A stretch of 60,133 bases of DNA, counting the filler. It is 9 parts of 9 records of this genome, joined end to end, with 100 filler letters (N's around TTAATTAATTAA, not from the genome) between each part and the next. Parts side by side here need not be neighbours in the genome. Positions count along the whole stretch, not along the records: positions 47,250 to 53,218 come from SRR31147125_45040; positions 53,319 to 60,133 come from SRR31147125_45160; 7 more parts are not named here. One strand, written 5' to 3'. Both the position numbers and the translations under genes were made by a program. This document shows, piece by piece, positions 49,804-60,133 of this stretch; position 1 is the stretch's first letter; each line of letters opens with the position of its first letter. Under the pieces are notes generated by a model, which saw only the letters and a list, made by a program, of their open reading frames with translations, did not search any database and had not been told where the DNA came from.

Positions 49804-52800
49804 ATGAAAAACAAAAATGAAATTATTAAAGCCTTAAGCTTTGTAATGATCACTCTCTTTTGTATTTCTGTTAGTTTGGGTGCTTACGCCCAGCAAAAAA
49901 CAGTTAACGGAAAGATTGTGGATGAAACAGGACAACCACTACCGGGTGTAACGGTTGTTGTGAAGGGAACCACCAATGGAGTGGCTTCTGACATTGACGG
50001 TAACTACTCAATTGGAGTAACAAGCGAAAGTATTCTTCAGTTTACCTTTGTGGGTATGTTAACACAAGAAGTAGCTGTTGGCAACCAAACTTCTATTAAT
50101 GTAACCATGCAAATGGATGCAATAGGACTGGAAGAGGTTGTGGCTATTGGTTATGGTACGCAAAAAAAGGCGACATTAACTGGTTCAATTTCTACCCTAA
50201 AAGGTGAAGAGATTGCATCAAGTCCGTCTGCTAACGTCAGCAATTCACTTGCCGGACGTTTGCCTGGTCTTGTTGTAAATCAAAGGTCAGGAGAGCCGGG
50301 AAAGGATGATCCGAATATGGTAATTCGAGGAATGGGAACTACCGGGGATAATTCAGTATTGGTAATAATTGACGGAGTTGAAAGGGATGGTATGAGCCGA
50401 CTGAATTCGGATGATATCGAAAGTTTCACTGTGTTAAAAGATGCCTCTGCAGCAATTTATGGTGCACGAGCAGCAAATGGAGTAATTCTAATTACAACAA
50501 AGAAAGGGAAGATCGGGAAACCTGTTTTTGATATAAGCTATAACAGAGCTTATAACCGACCAACAAAAACATGGGAACTTCTTGATGCTCCACTTTTTGC
50601 AGAAGTTTTGAATGAAGGTGCCTGGTACAGAGCGGGAAGACCAGACAAAGCTACTTGGACTCCTGAATTTTCGGATGAGGCCATAGAAGCAATGAGAACA
50701 GGTTCTGACCCTATTTTACATCCTAATACAGATTGGATTGAAGAAACCCTTAAACCTTGGGCCATCCAAAACAGGGCAAACTTTTCGGTTAGAGGTGGAA
50801 CGGAAAAAGTTAAGTATTTTGTATCGTTTGCTGCCTTAGGGCAAGATGGTAATTACTATAACAATCCTACAAAGTATAATCAATTCAATATACGAAGTAA
50901 CATCGAACTAAATCTAAATAAAGATTTAACGATGAGCTTGAACATGAGTGGAAGGCTCGACAAAGGTACTTATACTACCGGCGGGGCATGGCTTGACCAT
51001 GTAAATATACTACTTGCCGACCCAACAATTGTTGCCCAATACCCAAACGGATTGATAGCCGGAGGTAGAGCAGGACAAAACCCTTTGTTAAATGATCAGA
51101 TGGGGGAACAGAACTACGAGAATACACCAATATATACAACATTCTCAGCTGAATATAGGGTGCCGTTTGTTGAAGGATTAAAGCTATCTGGAACTTTTAA
51201 CTACGATATTGAAAATACTTTTACAAAAACATTTGAGACGCCTTATACATATTGGACATATGATACGAGCACAGAAGAGTATATTGAAACGGATGGGTCA
51301 ATTAATATTGTCAGTTTAGAGGATTACTATGAAAAATCATCAGGACTCCTGTACAACTTGAAAATAGATTATACTAAAAAATTTAATGACCATACTGTGG
51401 CTATCATGGCAGGATCAGAACGGCAACAAAACGATTATAACTGGGCAAAAGCTTACAATCAAAACTTCTTAAGTACTTCAATCCCTCAATTAGACGTGGG
51501 AAGTAGTTCTCTTGAAGATCAGCAAGTCGAGGGAAGTGCAAGTGAAACCGCTTATGTTAATTATTTTGGCCGTTTAAACTACAACTATAAAGAAAAGTAT
51601 CTTCTCGAGATGATGTTTAGATACGATGGTTCGCAAAACTTTCCAGAAGGCGAGCGTTATGGCTTCTTCCCAGGTGCTTCGGTAGCTTGGAGGTTATCTG
51701 AAGAAGCTTTTATCAAAGATAATTTGCCTGCTGTTAATAACTTAAAATTGCGTTTATCATATGGTGAACTCGGTAACGATCGTGTTCCTGATTATCAATA
51801 TCTTCAGGCATATCAGTTTGGCGAGAATTATGTTTTTGGAGGAACAGATGCTCCTGGTATTTATTCGAGCACAATGCCAAATCCAAATATAACCTGGGAG
51901 GTGAGTAAAAAAACTGATATTGGGCTTGTAGCTGGATTATGGGATGGATTATTGGGTGTTGACCTGACTCTATTTTGGGAAGACCGTTCTAATATCTTAG
52001 AACAAAGAAATGTTTCGGTAAGTAAAGTGTTTGGGTTTTCTACACTCCCTGATGAAAATATTGGAGAAGTCGAGAATAAAGGATATGAACTTATATTATC
52101 GCATCGCAATAATGTGTCTGACTTTTACTATAATGTCAGTGCAAATATGTCTTTTGCACGGAACAAAGTTGTTTTCATGGACGAGGTTCCTTATGCTGAA
52201 GGAGAAGAATACCGTGCAGCAACTGGCAAACCTGTAGGTGCAGCATTATATTATCAGGCCGATGGAATTATTAATGACCAGGCAGAATTGGATGAATACC
52301 TTCCGTTGCGCTCAAGTGCTCAACTTGGTGATACCAAAATAGTAGATGTGAACGGTGATGGTACAGTTGATTCAGACGACCGGATTCGGTCCGATTTGAC
52401 AGCTACTCCTGAATATGTTTTTGGTGTTTTATTTGATTGTAAGTATAAAAACTTCGATTTTAATATGTTCTGGCAAGGTGCAACCGGTGTTGAACATTAC
52501 GATTATCGCTTCATGAGAATAGGGCGTTCCAATAGGGAGAATGGTTTTGCTGCCAGAGCCAAAGATAGGTGGACTGTTGATAATACTGATGGCACAATGC
52601 CACGTGCAGATGATGGGGCTTTTTCTATGAGGAATAATTCCCTTTTTGTATTTGATGCTTCATTTTTTAGGCTAAAAACTATTGAGATTGGTTATTCATT
52701 GCCGCAAGAGTGGATGTCTAAGACTGGTTTAGGTAGCGTACGGTTTTACTGTAGTGGGTTCAATATGTTAACTATAACTAAGCATGATTTTATTGATCCG

Positions 52801-52872
52801 GAAACATCTGGTCAATTCGTATACTATCCGCAGCAGAAAACATTGAATTTTGGTGTTAACGTGAAATTTTAA
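49804..52872 (+). CDS. susC: SusC/RagA TonB-dependent transporter
   Basis: CarboxypepD_reg-like N-terminus, VVAIGYG, VLKDASAAIYGARAANGVILITTK, C-terminal GVNVKF. Confidence 0.96.
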   Translation: MKNKNEIIKALSFVMITLFCISVSLGAYAQQKTVNGKIVDETGQPLPGVTVVVKGTTNGVASDIDGNYSIGVTSESILQFTFVGMLTQEVAVGNQTSINVTMQMDAIGLEEVVAIGYGTQKKATLTGSISTLKGEEIASSPSANVSNSLAGRLPGLVVNQRSGEPGKDDPNMVIRGMGTTGDNSVLVIIDGVERDGMSRLNSDDIESFTVLKDASAAIYGARAANGVILITTKKGKIGKPVFDISYNRAYNRPTKTWELLDAPLFAEVLNEGAWYRAGRPDKATWTPEFSDEAIEAMRTGSDPILHPNTDWIEETLKPWAIQNRANFSVRGGTEKVKYFVSFAALGQDGNYYNNPTKYNQFNIRSNIELNLNKDLTMSLNMSGRLDKGTYTTGGAWLDHVNILLADPTIVAQYPNGLIAGGRAGQNPLLNDQMGEQNYENTPIYTTFSAEYRVPFVEGLKLSGTFNYDIENTFTKTFETPYTYWTYDTSTEEYIETDGSINIVSLEDYYEKSSGLLYNLKIDYTKKFNDHTVAIMAGSERQQNDYNWAKAYNQNFLSTSIPQLDVGSSSLEDQQVEGSASETAYVNYFGRLNYNYKEKYLLEMMFRYDGSQNFPEGERYGFFPGASVAWRLSEEAFIKDNLPAVNNLKLRLSYGELGNDRVPDYQYLQAYQFGENYVFGGTDAPGIYSSTMPNPNITWEVSKKTDIGLVAGLWDGLLGVDLTLFWEDRSNILEQRNVSVSKVFGFSTLPDENIGEVENKGYELILSHRNNVSDFYYNVSANMSFARNKVVFMDEVPYAEGEEYRAATGKPVGAALYYQADGIINDQAELDEYLPLRSSAQLGDTKIVDVNGDGTVDSDDRIRSDLTATPEYVFGVLFDCKYKNFDFNMFWQGATGVEHYDYRFMRIGRSNRENGFAARAKDRWTVDNTDGTMPRADDGAFSMRNNSLFVFDASFFRLKTIEIGYSLPQEWMSKTGLGSVRFYCSGFNMLTITKHDFIDPETSGQFVYYPQQKTLNFGVNVKF

Positions 52873-52883
52873 AAGACATTATT

Positions 52884-53218
52884 ATGAAAAAGATATTAAT
52901 ATTTAGTTTAGTACTTTTGGGAATGCTATCGTGTAACGATGACATTCTCGACCTTACTCCTCAGGATAAGATCTCAAGCGATGCCGTATGGAGCGATGCT
53001 GCTTTAGTTGAGGCTTATCATAATTCACTCTACAATGGTATTCCTCATGGCTTTAATAGAGACATGTATCACAAACAAACTGATGAATGTTATGCCAATG
53101 GGCGAGGTATTCAAGAAGGGTTATATACTGCCTCTGATGCAAGTAGTAGTTCCAATAATAATTATCTGTTTTATTGGGAACAGGGATACTTATGCGTACG
53201 AAGAGTAAACTTATTCCT
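52884..53218 (+). CDS. susD: SusD/RagB lipoprotein, 3'-partial
   Basis: Lipobox LSC, LD..P, W...Y..VRRVN.F; directly after susC. Confidence 0.88.
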
Positions 53219-53318
53219 NNNNNNNNNNNNNNNNNNNNNNNNNNNNNNNNNNNNNNNNNNNNTTAATTAATTAANNNNNNNNNNNNNNNNNNNNNNNNNN
53301 NNNNNNNNNNNNNNNNNN
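53219..53318. other. Artificial contig linker
   Basis: N44-TTAATTAATTAA-N44. Confidence 0.99.
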
Positions 53319-53320
53319 AG

Positions 53321-54319
53321 TACAAGAAAGAAGAAGGTATTCTTGGAACTATACAGGTTAGCGATGTTAAAAAAGTAATAGATGAAAACAAAGAAGCTAA
53401 AGCTATTTATATTACGTACCCTAGCTATTATGGATTTGCCTGTGATATAAAAAAGATATCTAAGCTGGCTAAGGATGCAGGCATTCCGTTGCTTGTAGAT
53501 GCAGCGCACGCTGCTTGTTTTTATCTAAATGATAAACTCGAAGATTTTCCAAACTGCGCCGATGTTTGGGTTGCTAGCTTGCACAAAACCATGCCAGCAT
53601 TAAACCAAACTGCGTATGTAGCTTGTGGACAAGATTCACTTATTAAGATGAGTGATATTAAAAAAGCTGTTAACGCTTTTCAAACTACAAGTCCATCTTA
53701 TGTTTTATTAGCTTCAATTGAATTTGCAGTCAAGTATTTTGACAAAAAGAAGAAAAAGAGGCTTGATAAATTAATAAATGAAATATATAGATTTGAACAG
53801 AAAATTAATGAGCTGAATAGTTTTAGAGCAATATACAGCATAGAAAATAAAAAGGATCCTTTGAAGCTTGTTGTGGATTATAGAAACTGTAGCCTAAATA
53901 GACAAGCTATAGAAAAAGCGTTTAATAAGCATCATATATATTTTGAATTGATAGACACAAGGTTTATATTGTTTATGCTAAGTCCTATAAGCACAAGGCG
54001 TGATTTAAAAGCTGTATATATGGTTTTAAAAAAAATTGATTCGTATTATACAAAAGAGCGTAGAGACGATTTTTACCCGAAAAAAATGCCAAAAACACAA
54101 AAGTTGGAGCATGGAAACACAACAATTATGATGGATATATGTGACTGCGAGGGGTACGCATGTGCAAATCCTGTTGCGGTATATCCTCCAGGCGTTCCAG
54201 TTTTATCTGATGGGGATATAGTAACAAAAGACATAATATACTATGTATTAAAGGCGAAACTAGCCGAGCTAAATACAATAGGAATAACTGATAACAAAAT
54301 AATGGTGTATAAAAAGTAA
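53321..54319 (+). CDS. Orn/Lys/Arg decarboxylase family PLP enzyme (YaaO-like), 5'-partial
   Basis: TYPSYYG, VDAAH, SLHKT, QTTSPSY, YPPG.P; upstream of tmk. Confidence 0.9.
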   Translation, partial: YKKEEGILGTIQVSDVKKVIDENKEAKAIYITYPSYYGFACDIKKISKLAKDAGIPLLVDAAHAACFYLNDKLEDFPNCADVWVASLHKTMPALNQTAYVACGQDSLIKMSDIKKAVNAFQTTSPSYVLLASIEFAVKYFDKKKKKRLDKLINEIYRFEQKINELNSFRAIYSIENKKDPLKLVVDYRNCSLNRQAIEKAFNKHHIYFELIDTRFILFMLSPISTRRDLKAVYMVLKKIDSYYTKERRDDFYPKKMPKTQKLEHGNTTIMMDICDCEGYACANPVAVYPPGVPVLSDGDIVTKDIIYYVLKAKLAELNTIGITDNKIMVYKK

Positions 54320-54362
54320 TACAAGAGAAAATAAAACAGCTATAGTTTAGGAGCAGATATTT

Positions 54363-55010
54363 ATGAAACATAAAGGATTATTTATCACATTCGAAGGTGC
54401 TGATGGGTGTGGTAAATCTACACAGATAAAGTTTTTGGGCGAAAAATTAAAAGAGCAAGGATATGATGTTGTTTTAACGAGGGAGCCTGGAGGTTGTCCT
54501 ATGGCAGAAAAAATTAGAGATATGGTTTTGGATAAAAACAATACTGATATTTTAGACATTACAGAAGCGTACCTTTATGCTGCGTCAAGAGCACAACACG
54601 TACATGAGCTTATAATACCATCATTGGAACAAGGCAAAATTGTTTTGTGTGATAGATTTGTGCATTCGTCTGTTGCGTACCAAGGGTATGGAAGGCAGCT
54701 TGGGAAGCAAAGGGTTTTAGATATAAACAAACATGCAATAGCTGGATATAAACCAGACTACGTATTTTTTATGAAAGTTGACCCTAAGCTTGGCTTTGAA
54801 AGGATGAAAAAAAGAAAGGGCTTAGATAGACTAGAAACTCAAGAGGATAGTTTTTATAAGCGTATGTTTGATGGTTATATGGAAATTTCCAACAGTGACG
54901 AGAGCAATATGATCATAATTGATGCTGGTGGGACTAAATATGAAACAAAAGATATAATATATGAAGAGCTTAGTAAAATATTAAAGAATTCTGATATGAA
55001 GATGGTATAG
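54363..55010 (+). CDS. tmk: Thymidylate kinase
   Basis: FEG.DGCGKSTQ, REPGG, DRF..SS.AYQG. Confidence 0.96.
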   Translation: MKHKGLFITFEGADGCGKSTQIKFLGEKLKEQGYDVVLTREPGGCPMAEKIRDMVLDKNNTDILDITEAYLYAASRAQHVHELIIPSLEQGKIVLCDRFVHSSVAYQGYGRQLGKQRVLDINKHAIAGYKPDYVFFMKVDPKLGFERMKKRKGLDRLETQEDSFYKRMFDGYMEISNSDESNMIIIDAGGTKYETKDIIYEELSKILKNSDMKMV

Positions 55011-55013
55011 AGT

Positions 55014-55977
55014 ATGGATAGTATCGCCTTGCAAGGTGTTTTTTCTGATATTGATAACAATAAAATCAGTGGTGGATATTTGGTCTTATGTGATAAACAA
55101 AGCCAACTTGAAGCTTTTGCAACGCAATTTTTGTTAAAGCTTTTTTTGCGAAAACAACGTATCATGTGGTGTTTGTCATAAATGCTCCATGATCCTTTCG
55201 GATAACAGCCCTGATATTTTAAACATAAAACCCGAAAAAAACGTTATTAAAGTTGCTGAGATACGAAAAGTCAACGAATTTTTGTCGAAAAAAGCTTACG
55301 AAGGCGATGCGAAAGTTGTTGTTATTTACGGCGCTGATATCATGAATATAAATGCGCAAAACGCATTATTAAAACCATTAGAAAACCCTCCGAAAGATAC
55401 GTACTTTATCCTATTGACAAAAACAGATTTTAATATACTGCCAACTGTTGTTTCTAGATGTCAGCAAATAAGGCTTTTACCAGATGGACATGATGTGGTC
55501 GTAAGAACGCTTTTGGATAACGGTGTAGAAAGAGAAAAAGCAGAATTAATATGTAACCTATCGGCGGGATATCTAAACCAAGCAAAAAGATTGGCGGTCG
55601 ATGATGCTTATTTTGAGTTGAGGTCTAAGACCATAGATATCATAGAAAAGTTTTTGAATCAGAAGAACTTTGCAATCAGCTACTTTGTTGATTTTTTGGA
55701 GAATAATAAAAATGATTTTTCGAAAATTTTCGATATAATAAAGACAGTATTTATGGATATATTAAAATATATGATTGCATCTGAAAAAAAAATAATTTAC
55801 AACAGTGATATAACTGATTATATTCTAAGTGCATCTAATAGCTTTACAATAGGACAAATTTATAATATGATTGATAGAATGTTGAATTATGAAAATAGAT
55901 TTAATTATAACGTTAATTTTAAACTGAATATAGAGAGTATGCTTTTTAGCATGCTAGAGGAGAAATATAAATGGTAG
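55014..55977 (+). CDS. holB: DNA polymerase III delta' subunit (1-nt frameshift in T7 run at 55141-55147)
   Basis: Removing one T gives LFCENNVSCGVCHKC (Zn site), joining AQNALLK.LE.PP and LPT..SRC. Confidence 0.9.
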
Positions 55978-56846
55978 AAGTAGTTGGCGTAAGATTTAAA
56001 CATGCGGGTAAGATATATTATTTTGATGCAGGGGAATATGAGCTTTTGGATGGCGATTATGCTATTGTAGAGACTGCAAGAGGTATTGAGTATGGCGAAG
56101 TTGTTATTGAAAAACGAGAAATTGGAAAAGAAGAGCTTGTAGCACCGCTTAAAAAAGTAATTAGAAAAGCAACCGAAAAAGACAAAGAAAAAGTAAAAGG
56201 AAATAGAGAAAAAGAATACGAAGCTTTTCATATTTGCATTGAAAAAATAGAGAAACACAAATTGGAAATGAAGCTTGTTGATGTTGAATATACATTTGAT
56301 TCAAAAAAGATAATATTCTATTTTACGGCTGATGGAAGAATAGACTTTAGAGAGCTTGTAAAGGATTTAGCTGCGGTATTTAGAACAAGAATTGAGCTTC
56401 GTCAGATTGGCGTTAGAGACCAAGCGAAATTTCTTGGTGGTATTGGTCTTTGCGGTAGAGAGTGCTGCTGTTGCAGTTTTCTGGGTGATTTTCAACCTGT
56501 TTCTATTAAAATGGCAAAAGATCAAAACCTTTCGCTTTCTCCAACAAAAATCAGTGGTCTTTGCGGGAGGCTTATGTGTTGCTTAAACTATGAATACGAA
56601 CATTATGCAGATGTTAAAAATAAAATTCCTTCGAATGGTACAAAAGTAAAAACTCCAGATGGTTCTGGCATTGTTGTGGATAGTAATTTACTGACGGAAA
56701 AATGCAGAGTGAAGATAGAGCTTCCTGATAAAAGCTTTGATATAAGAACTTATAAGCTTGAAGAACTTAAGTTTAAACGCATGAGGAAAAAACAAACAGA
56801 AGTTGATGAGCCTTTGGATGCTGAAATGAAAAAATTGTTGGATTAA
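55971..56846 (+). CDS. yaaT: PSP1/YaaT (RicT) family protein
   Basis: GKIYYF, FTADGRIDFRELVKDLA, RIELRQIGVRD, KISG.CGRLMCCL. Confidence 0.95.
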   Translation: MVEVVGVRFKHAGKIYYFDAGEYELLDGDYAIVETARGIEYGEVVIEKREIGKEELVAPLKKVIRKATEKDKEKVKGNREKEYEAFHICIEKIEKHKLEMKLVDVEYTFDSKKIIFYFTADGRIDFRELVKDLAAVFRTRIELRQIGVRDQAKFLGGIGLCGRECCCCSFLGDFQPVSIKMAKDQNLSLSPTKISGLCGRLMCCLNYEYEHYADVKNKIPSNGTKVKTPDGSGIVVDSNLLTEKCRVKIELPDKSFDIRTYKLEELKFKRMRKKQTEVDEPLDAEMKKLLD

Positions 56847-56959
56847 TTGGCTAAAAGTATAAATATTCATAAACGCTTTATAATATTTTTATTTTATGGG
56901 GTTGTAATTATTTATAATAATGATAGAATAGATTGAACTAAAAACAGGAGGTAGCATTA

Positions 56960-57133
56960 ATGGCTTATAAAATTGATGCTGAAACATGTATCGGTTGCGG
57001 TGCGTGTGAAAGCGATTGCCCAGTAGAAGCGATTGTTCCAGCTGATGATAAGTATACTATCAAAGCAGATGATTGTATTGATTGTGGAGCATGCGAAAGT
57101 GGTTGCCCAGTAGAAGCAATTTCTGCTGAATAA
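56960..57133 (+). CDS. fdx: 2[4Fe-4S] clostridial-type ferredoxin, 57 aa; absent from the ORF track
   Basis: AGGAGG RBS; MAYKIDAETCIGCGACESDCPVEAI...CIDCGACESGCPVEAISAE. Confidence 0.96.
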   Translation: MAYKIDAETCIGCGACESDCPVEAIVPADDKYTIKADDCIDCGACESGCPVEAISAE

Positions 57134-57160
57134 TCAAATCAAGAATAATTTACAAAAAGA

Positions 57161-57190
57161 AGAGAGCAACCTACTTTGCTTTCTTTTTTT
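57161..57190 (+). terminator. Intrinsic terminator after the ferredoxin
   Basis: agagagcaa-cctact-ttgctttct followed by a T-run. Confidence 0.65.
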
Positions 57191-57496
57191 ATATATTCAA
57201 TTATGGCAAAAATTTTTCCAAATTGGAAATGACTTAAAAGTAAAATATAAAATATTTTTAAACAAACAATAAAATGAGATATCTTTTAACAGCTTTTCCA
57301 GCAATTTATTATAAAATACTCCACAATTATTTATAAAAACATTACATAATGTATAAAAATGTAGTATAATAACTCTATATGTAGATTTGCACGTAAAACA
57401 TACATGTAAAACAAGTATTGATAGGCAAAAGATTTTAATGCTTCTTTAATATTTTTTTCATGATTGTTTGGCTTTGTAATGTAAAAGGGGTATAAG

Positions 57497-60049
57497 ATGA
57501 GAAAAATTCTTACAGTTTTATCAATAGTGCTTTTGCTTGGGGCGTTGGTTTTCTTCGTTGTTGATCAAGCTGAAGCTAATGTAGATTTAACCAGAATACG
57601 CGTTAAGCTTTCAATTGGTGACCCTGTTCAATATAGCTTTACTGCTGTAGGTGATTATACATTAGAAGAGGTTAGCGGTACTAGTTATTCTGGTACAAAC
57701 TATTTTAAGGTAGAGTTAGTTGGGAAAGATGTTAAGCTTTATCATAAGAAAGACGCAAGTGGTTCGTATGAGGCGGTAACAACAAAAAGAACAATCTCAT
57801 TTAAAGAAGCCGATGATAGTAAGATAAATCTTATGTATCTTAACAATTCAAGATATTATAGTAAGATAGCATATAGAGGAGACATGATGTTCTATAAGGA
57901 CACAACAGCTACTCACCTTCATGCTATTAACGATGTAGATATAGAGATCTATTTAATGGGTGTTGTAGGCTATGAGATGAGTAATGGATGGCCTGCTGAA
58001 GCTTTAAAAACTCAAGCTGTTTGTGCAAGGTCATATGCGATTAAACATATTGGAGCAAGCACATACTATGATGTTGTTGATACAACAGGTAGCCAAGTTT
58101 ATAAGGGCTGGAATGATACCTATGACAATGTATTAAACGCGGTTTGGGATACAAGAGGATTAGTTGTCGCTTATATTCAAAACGAAAGTGACAGAAATAA
58201 CCCAGACTATGATATAGATAAAGGTGATATTGTAAACACTTTCTTTTCTGCAAGTAATGGAGGACAGATTGATATTCCTCAGCATGTATGGAATACGTCT
58301 GGGTCGCCTTCGCCATGGGAAGTTATAAAGTCTGACCCATATGACATTGTAAACCCTAGCAGCTTGGAAGAAAGAGTGTTTTTCCCATATCAAACAAGTA
58401 ACGAATCGGATTTTGATTCTAACGGATTAAAGCAGATTAAAGACGCTGCTTTGCCTGTTTTGCAAACATTAGGATATGAGGTTAATAGTAGAGATAGCTT
58501 TACTGTAACAGGTGTTAAAGATGTCAGAATATCTTCAGGACAAGTTGTAAGAAATTCTTCTGGTGGTATAAAAGAAGACCATACGAAAGACTTTGGTGCA
58601 CCTCATGAGCAATGTATTGATATGATATGGTCGGAGATGGATGTGTCTGTTTATGCGCCAAAAGGCGGTGGATATCAAGAGGCGACAATTACTATTGGAT
58701 ACGACCTTGAAGAATGTGATAAAACTGGAGGTCAATATAGAATATTTGACATGACTCAGTTAAGGGTTACTACAAGTGAAAAGTTGATGGATGGCAATAC
58801 TGTTTTAGGTTTTGATTTGATACAAAGAAGATATGGTCATGGTCTTGGTATGAGCCAAAGGGGTGCTCAAACAATGGCGAAGCAGGGTATATCTTTTGAT
58901 GAAATTGTACTCTTTTATTTTCCAAATGCAGAGCTAAGAAGCATTTATGGCGGCGATGGAAATGCAGATCCTACTCCAACTCCTGTTTCAAGCGAAGAAT
59001 ATAATGGAACAGTAAAATGTAATACATGGCTAAATGTAAGGACGGGTCCAAGCTCTTCGTATGAAAAAATAGGAAAACTTTATCCTGAGGAAAGGATAAA
59101 AGTAATTACTGCATTGGCTTCTGGGGATTGGCATTTAATTGACTTTAATGGCAATAATGCTTATGTCCATAAAGATTATGTGTTGTTGGATGAAGAAGAC
59201 GCTACAACAACACCAACGCCAACGGTTACGCCAACAGCGACGCCAACGCCAACGGTTACGCCAACGCCAACTGCGACGCCGACACCAACAACGACGCCAA
59301 CAACTGGTGAAGGGGTCAGCTTTGAAGCTAAAGGTTCGGTTTCGTGCTCGGTTCTAAATGTAAGAACAGATCCTTCTAGCAGAAATGCAAGGATAGGGAA
59401 GGTTTCTAGAAATCAAACGGTTTATATAACTGATAAACAGGTTGTAGATAAATGGCATGAGATATATTACAAAGGACAAGTTGCTTATGTTTACGCAGCA
59501 TACATAAAAACTACTAGCAGTGAATCTGGTTATGTTTCGTACAGCGACGGAAAGTATACTGAAAGCGGAGGAAGCTCATCTACTGATGATTCTACAGCAA
59601 CACCTACACCAACGCCGACAGAAACGCCAACATCAAGTACGGGTGATACTGAGTATGGTACGGTAACAGCAAGTGCACTTAATATAAGGTCTGGGCCATC
59701 AGAAAGATATTCGAAAATAGGGAAAATACCTCTTGGCGGTGTTATTGAGATTTTGGAGTATGGCAACTCTTGGAGTAAAATAAGCTATGGTGGAATAAAA
59801 GGATATGTTTCATCTAAGTACTTTAAAGTAAATCAAGGATCAGCTTCAGGCGGGTATTATGGAATTGTATTAGGAGATGGTCTGCGCGTAAGGTCTGGTC
59901 CTGGGACTAGCTATAGCATACTGGAGTACATGCCAAAGGGAACAGAGGTTGAGGTGTATTCTTATGATAACAGTTGGGCAAGGATAAAATATAACGGTAT
60001 CCCAGGATACACAAGTGTTTCTTACTTAGATATACAAGAATACGAATAA
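57497..60049 (+). CDS. SpoIID/LytB-domain cell-wall protein with four SH3b domains
   Basis: YL.GVV.YEM...W..EALK.QAV.ARSY, SQVY.G, GHG.GMSQ.GA; LNVRTGPS, LNVRTDPS, LNIRSGPS, LRVRSGPG. Confidence 0.92.
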   Translation: MRKILTVLSIVLLLGALVFFVVDQAEANVDLTRIRVKLSIGDPVQYSFTAVGDYTLEEVSGTSYSGTNYFKVELVGKDVKLYHKKDASGSYEAVTTKRTISFKEADDSKINLMYLNNSRYYSKIAYRGDMMFYKDTTATHLHAINDVDIEIYLMGVVGYEMSNGWPAEALKTQAVCARSYAIKHIGASTYYDVVDTTGSQVYKGWNDTYDNVLNAVWDTRGLVVAYIQNESDRNNPDYDIDKGDIVNTFFSASNGGQIDIPQHVWNTSGSPSPWEVIKSDPYDIVNPSSLEERVFFPYQTSNESDFDSNGLKQIKDAALPVLQTLGYEVNSRDSFTVTGVKDVRISSGQVVRNSSGGIKEDHTKDFGAPHEQCIDMIWSEMDVSVYAPKGGGYQEATITIGYDLEECDKTGGQYRIFDMTQLRVTTSEKLMDGNTVLGFDLIQRRYGHGLGMSQRGAQTMAKQGISFDEIVLFYFPNAELRSIYGGDGNADPTPTPVSSEEYNGTVKCNTWLNVRTGPSSSYEKIGKLYPEERIKVITALASGDWHLIDFNGNNAYVHKDYVLLDEEDATTTPTPTVTPTATPTPTVTPTPTATPTPTTTPTTGEGVSFEAKGSVSCSVLNVRTDPSSRNARIGKVSRNQTVYITDKQVVDKWHEIYYKGQVAYVYAAYIKTTSSESGYVSYSDGKYTESGGSSSTDDSTATPTPTPTETPTSSTGDTEYGTVTASALNIRSGPSERYSKIGKIPLGGVIEILEYGNSWSKISYGGIKGYVSSKYFKVNQGSASGGYYGIVLGDGLRVRSGPGTSYSILEYMPKGTEVEVYSYDNSWARIKYNGIPGYTSVSYLDIQEYE
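59204..59306 (+). repeat. Pro-Thr linker tandem repeat (acgcca-based)
   Basis: Encodes TTTPTPTVTPTATPTPTVTPTPTATPTPTTTPTT. Confidence 0.85.
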
Positions 60050-60075
60050 AAAATGTGATAAAAAGAAATAAAGAA

Positions 60076-60097
60076 AAGGAACTTTTTAAAGTTCCTT
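60076..60097 (+). terminator. Terminator-like palindrome after the SpoIID gene
   Basis: aaggaacttt-tt-aaagttcctt; no downstream U-tract. Confidence 0.55.
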
Positions 60098-60133
60098 CAG
60101 ACTGTCGATAAAGGGCACAAATGCAAAACTTTC
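60097..60133. mobile_element. Possible terminal inverted repeat of an IS1182-like element
   Basis: TCAGACTGTCGATAAAG resembles the recalled TCAGACTGTnGACAAA end; it abuts the terminator stem at the window end. Confidence 0.35.

Noticed and set aside
6546-53318. Eight identical TTAATTAATTAA motifs as a biological repeat, and synteny across them
   Set aside because: They are N-padded artificial linkers. The flanking contigs differ in composition and taxon, and ORFs ending in X...LIN are artefacts.
55141-55147. Phase variation or programmed frameshift in holB
   Set aside because: Essential gene, and the same error pattern occurs in other contigs
1-60133. rRNA, tRNA and CRISPR arrays
   Set aside because: None recognised by eye; a tRNAscan/Infernal run would be needed to exclude them

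Overview
This window is not one locus. It is nine unrelated contigs joined by 100-nt artificial linkers (44 N + TTAATTAATTAA + 44 N). A (1-6545, Clostridia-like): K+-dependent membrane pyrophosphatase, cation/H+ antiporter, PPi-type phosphofructokinase and YlmH. B (6646-15779, Bacteroidota): laminarin-type PUL with SusC/D, a repeat-domain surface protein, two GH16 and a probable GH149. C (15880-21172, sulfate reducer): tmcC-B-A, a response regulator and a REC-REC-SpoIIE-HATPase fusion. D (21273-27980, very AT-rich, possibly Fusobacteriia): the most unusual part. It carries a tandemly duplicated [RNase HI + rolling-circle Rep-like] gene pair. In the second pair both genes are full length but have lost their predicted catalytic residues. 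Each gene is preceded by a terminator-like hairpin, and the spacers are structured. E (28081-33442): sugar ABC transporter, MBL-fold lipoprotein and a flavodoxin pseudogene. F (33543-39737): FtsA-like protein, PIN/TRAM, ispD, cimA and a nitrilase-family gene. G (39838-47149): rex, yjbQ, glycerate kinase, an ATPase and an ECF sigma module. H (47250-53218): HTCS, GH88 and SusC/D. I (53319-60133): yaaO-tmk-holB-yaaT, a ferredoxin and a SpoIID-SH3 protein. Several genes carry 1-nt indels in homopolymers, which points to sequencing error. All family calls come from motif recognition by eye; no database search was run.
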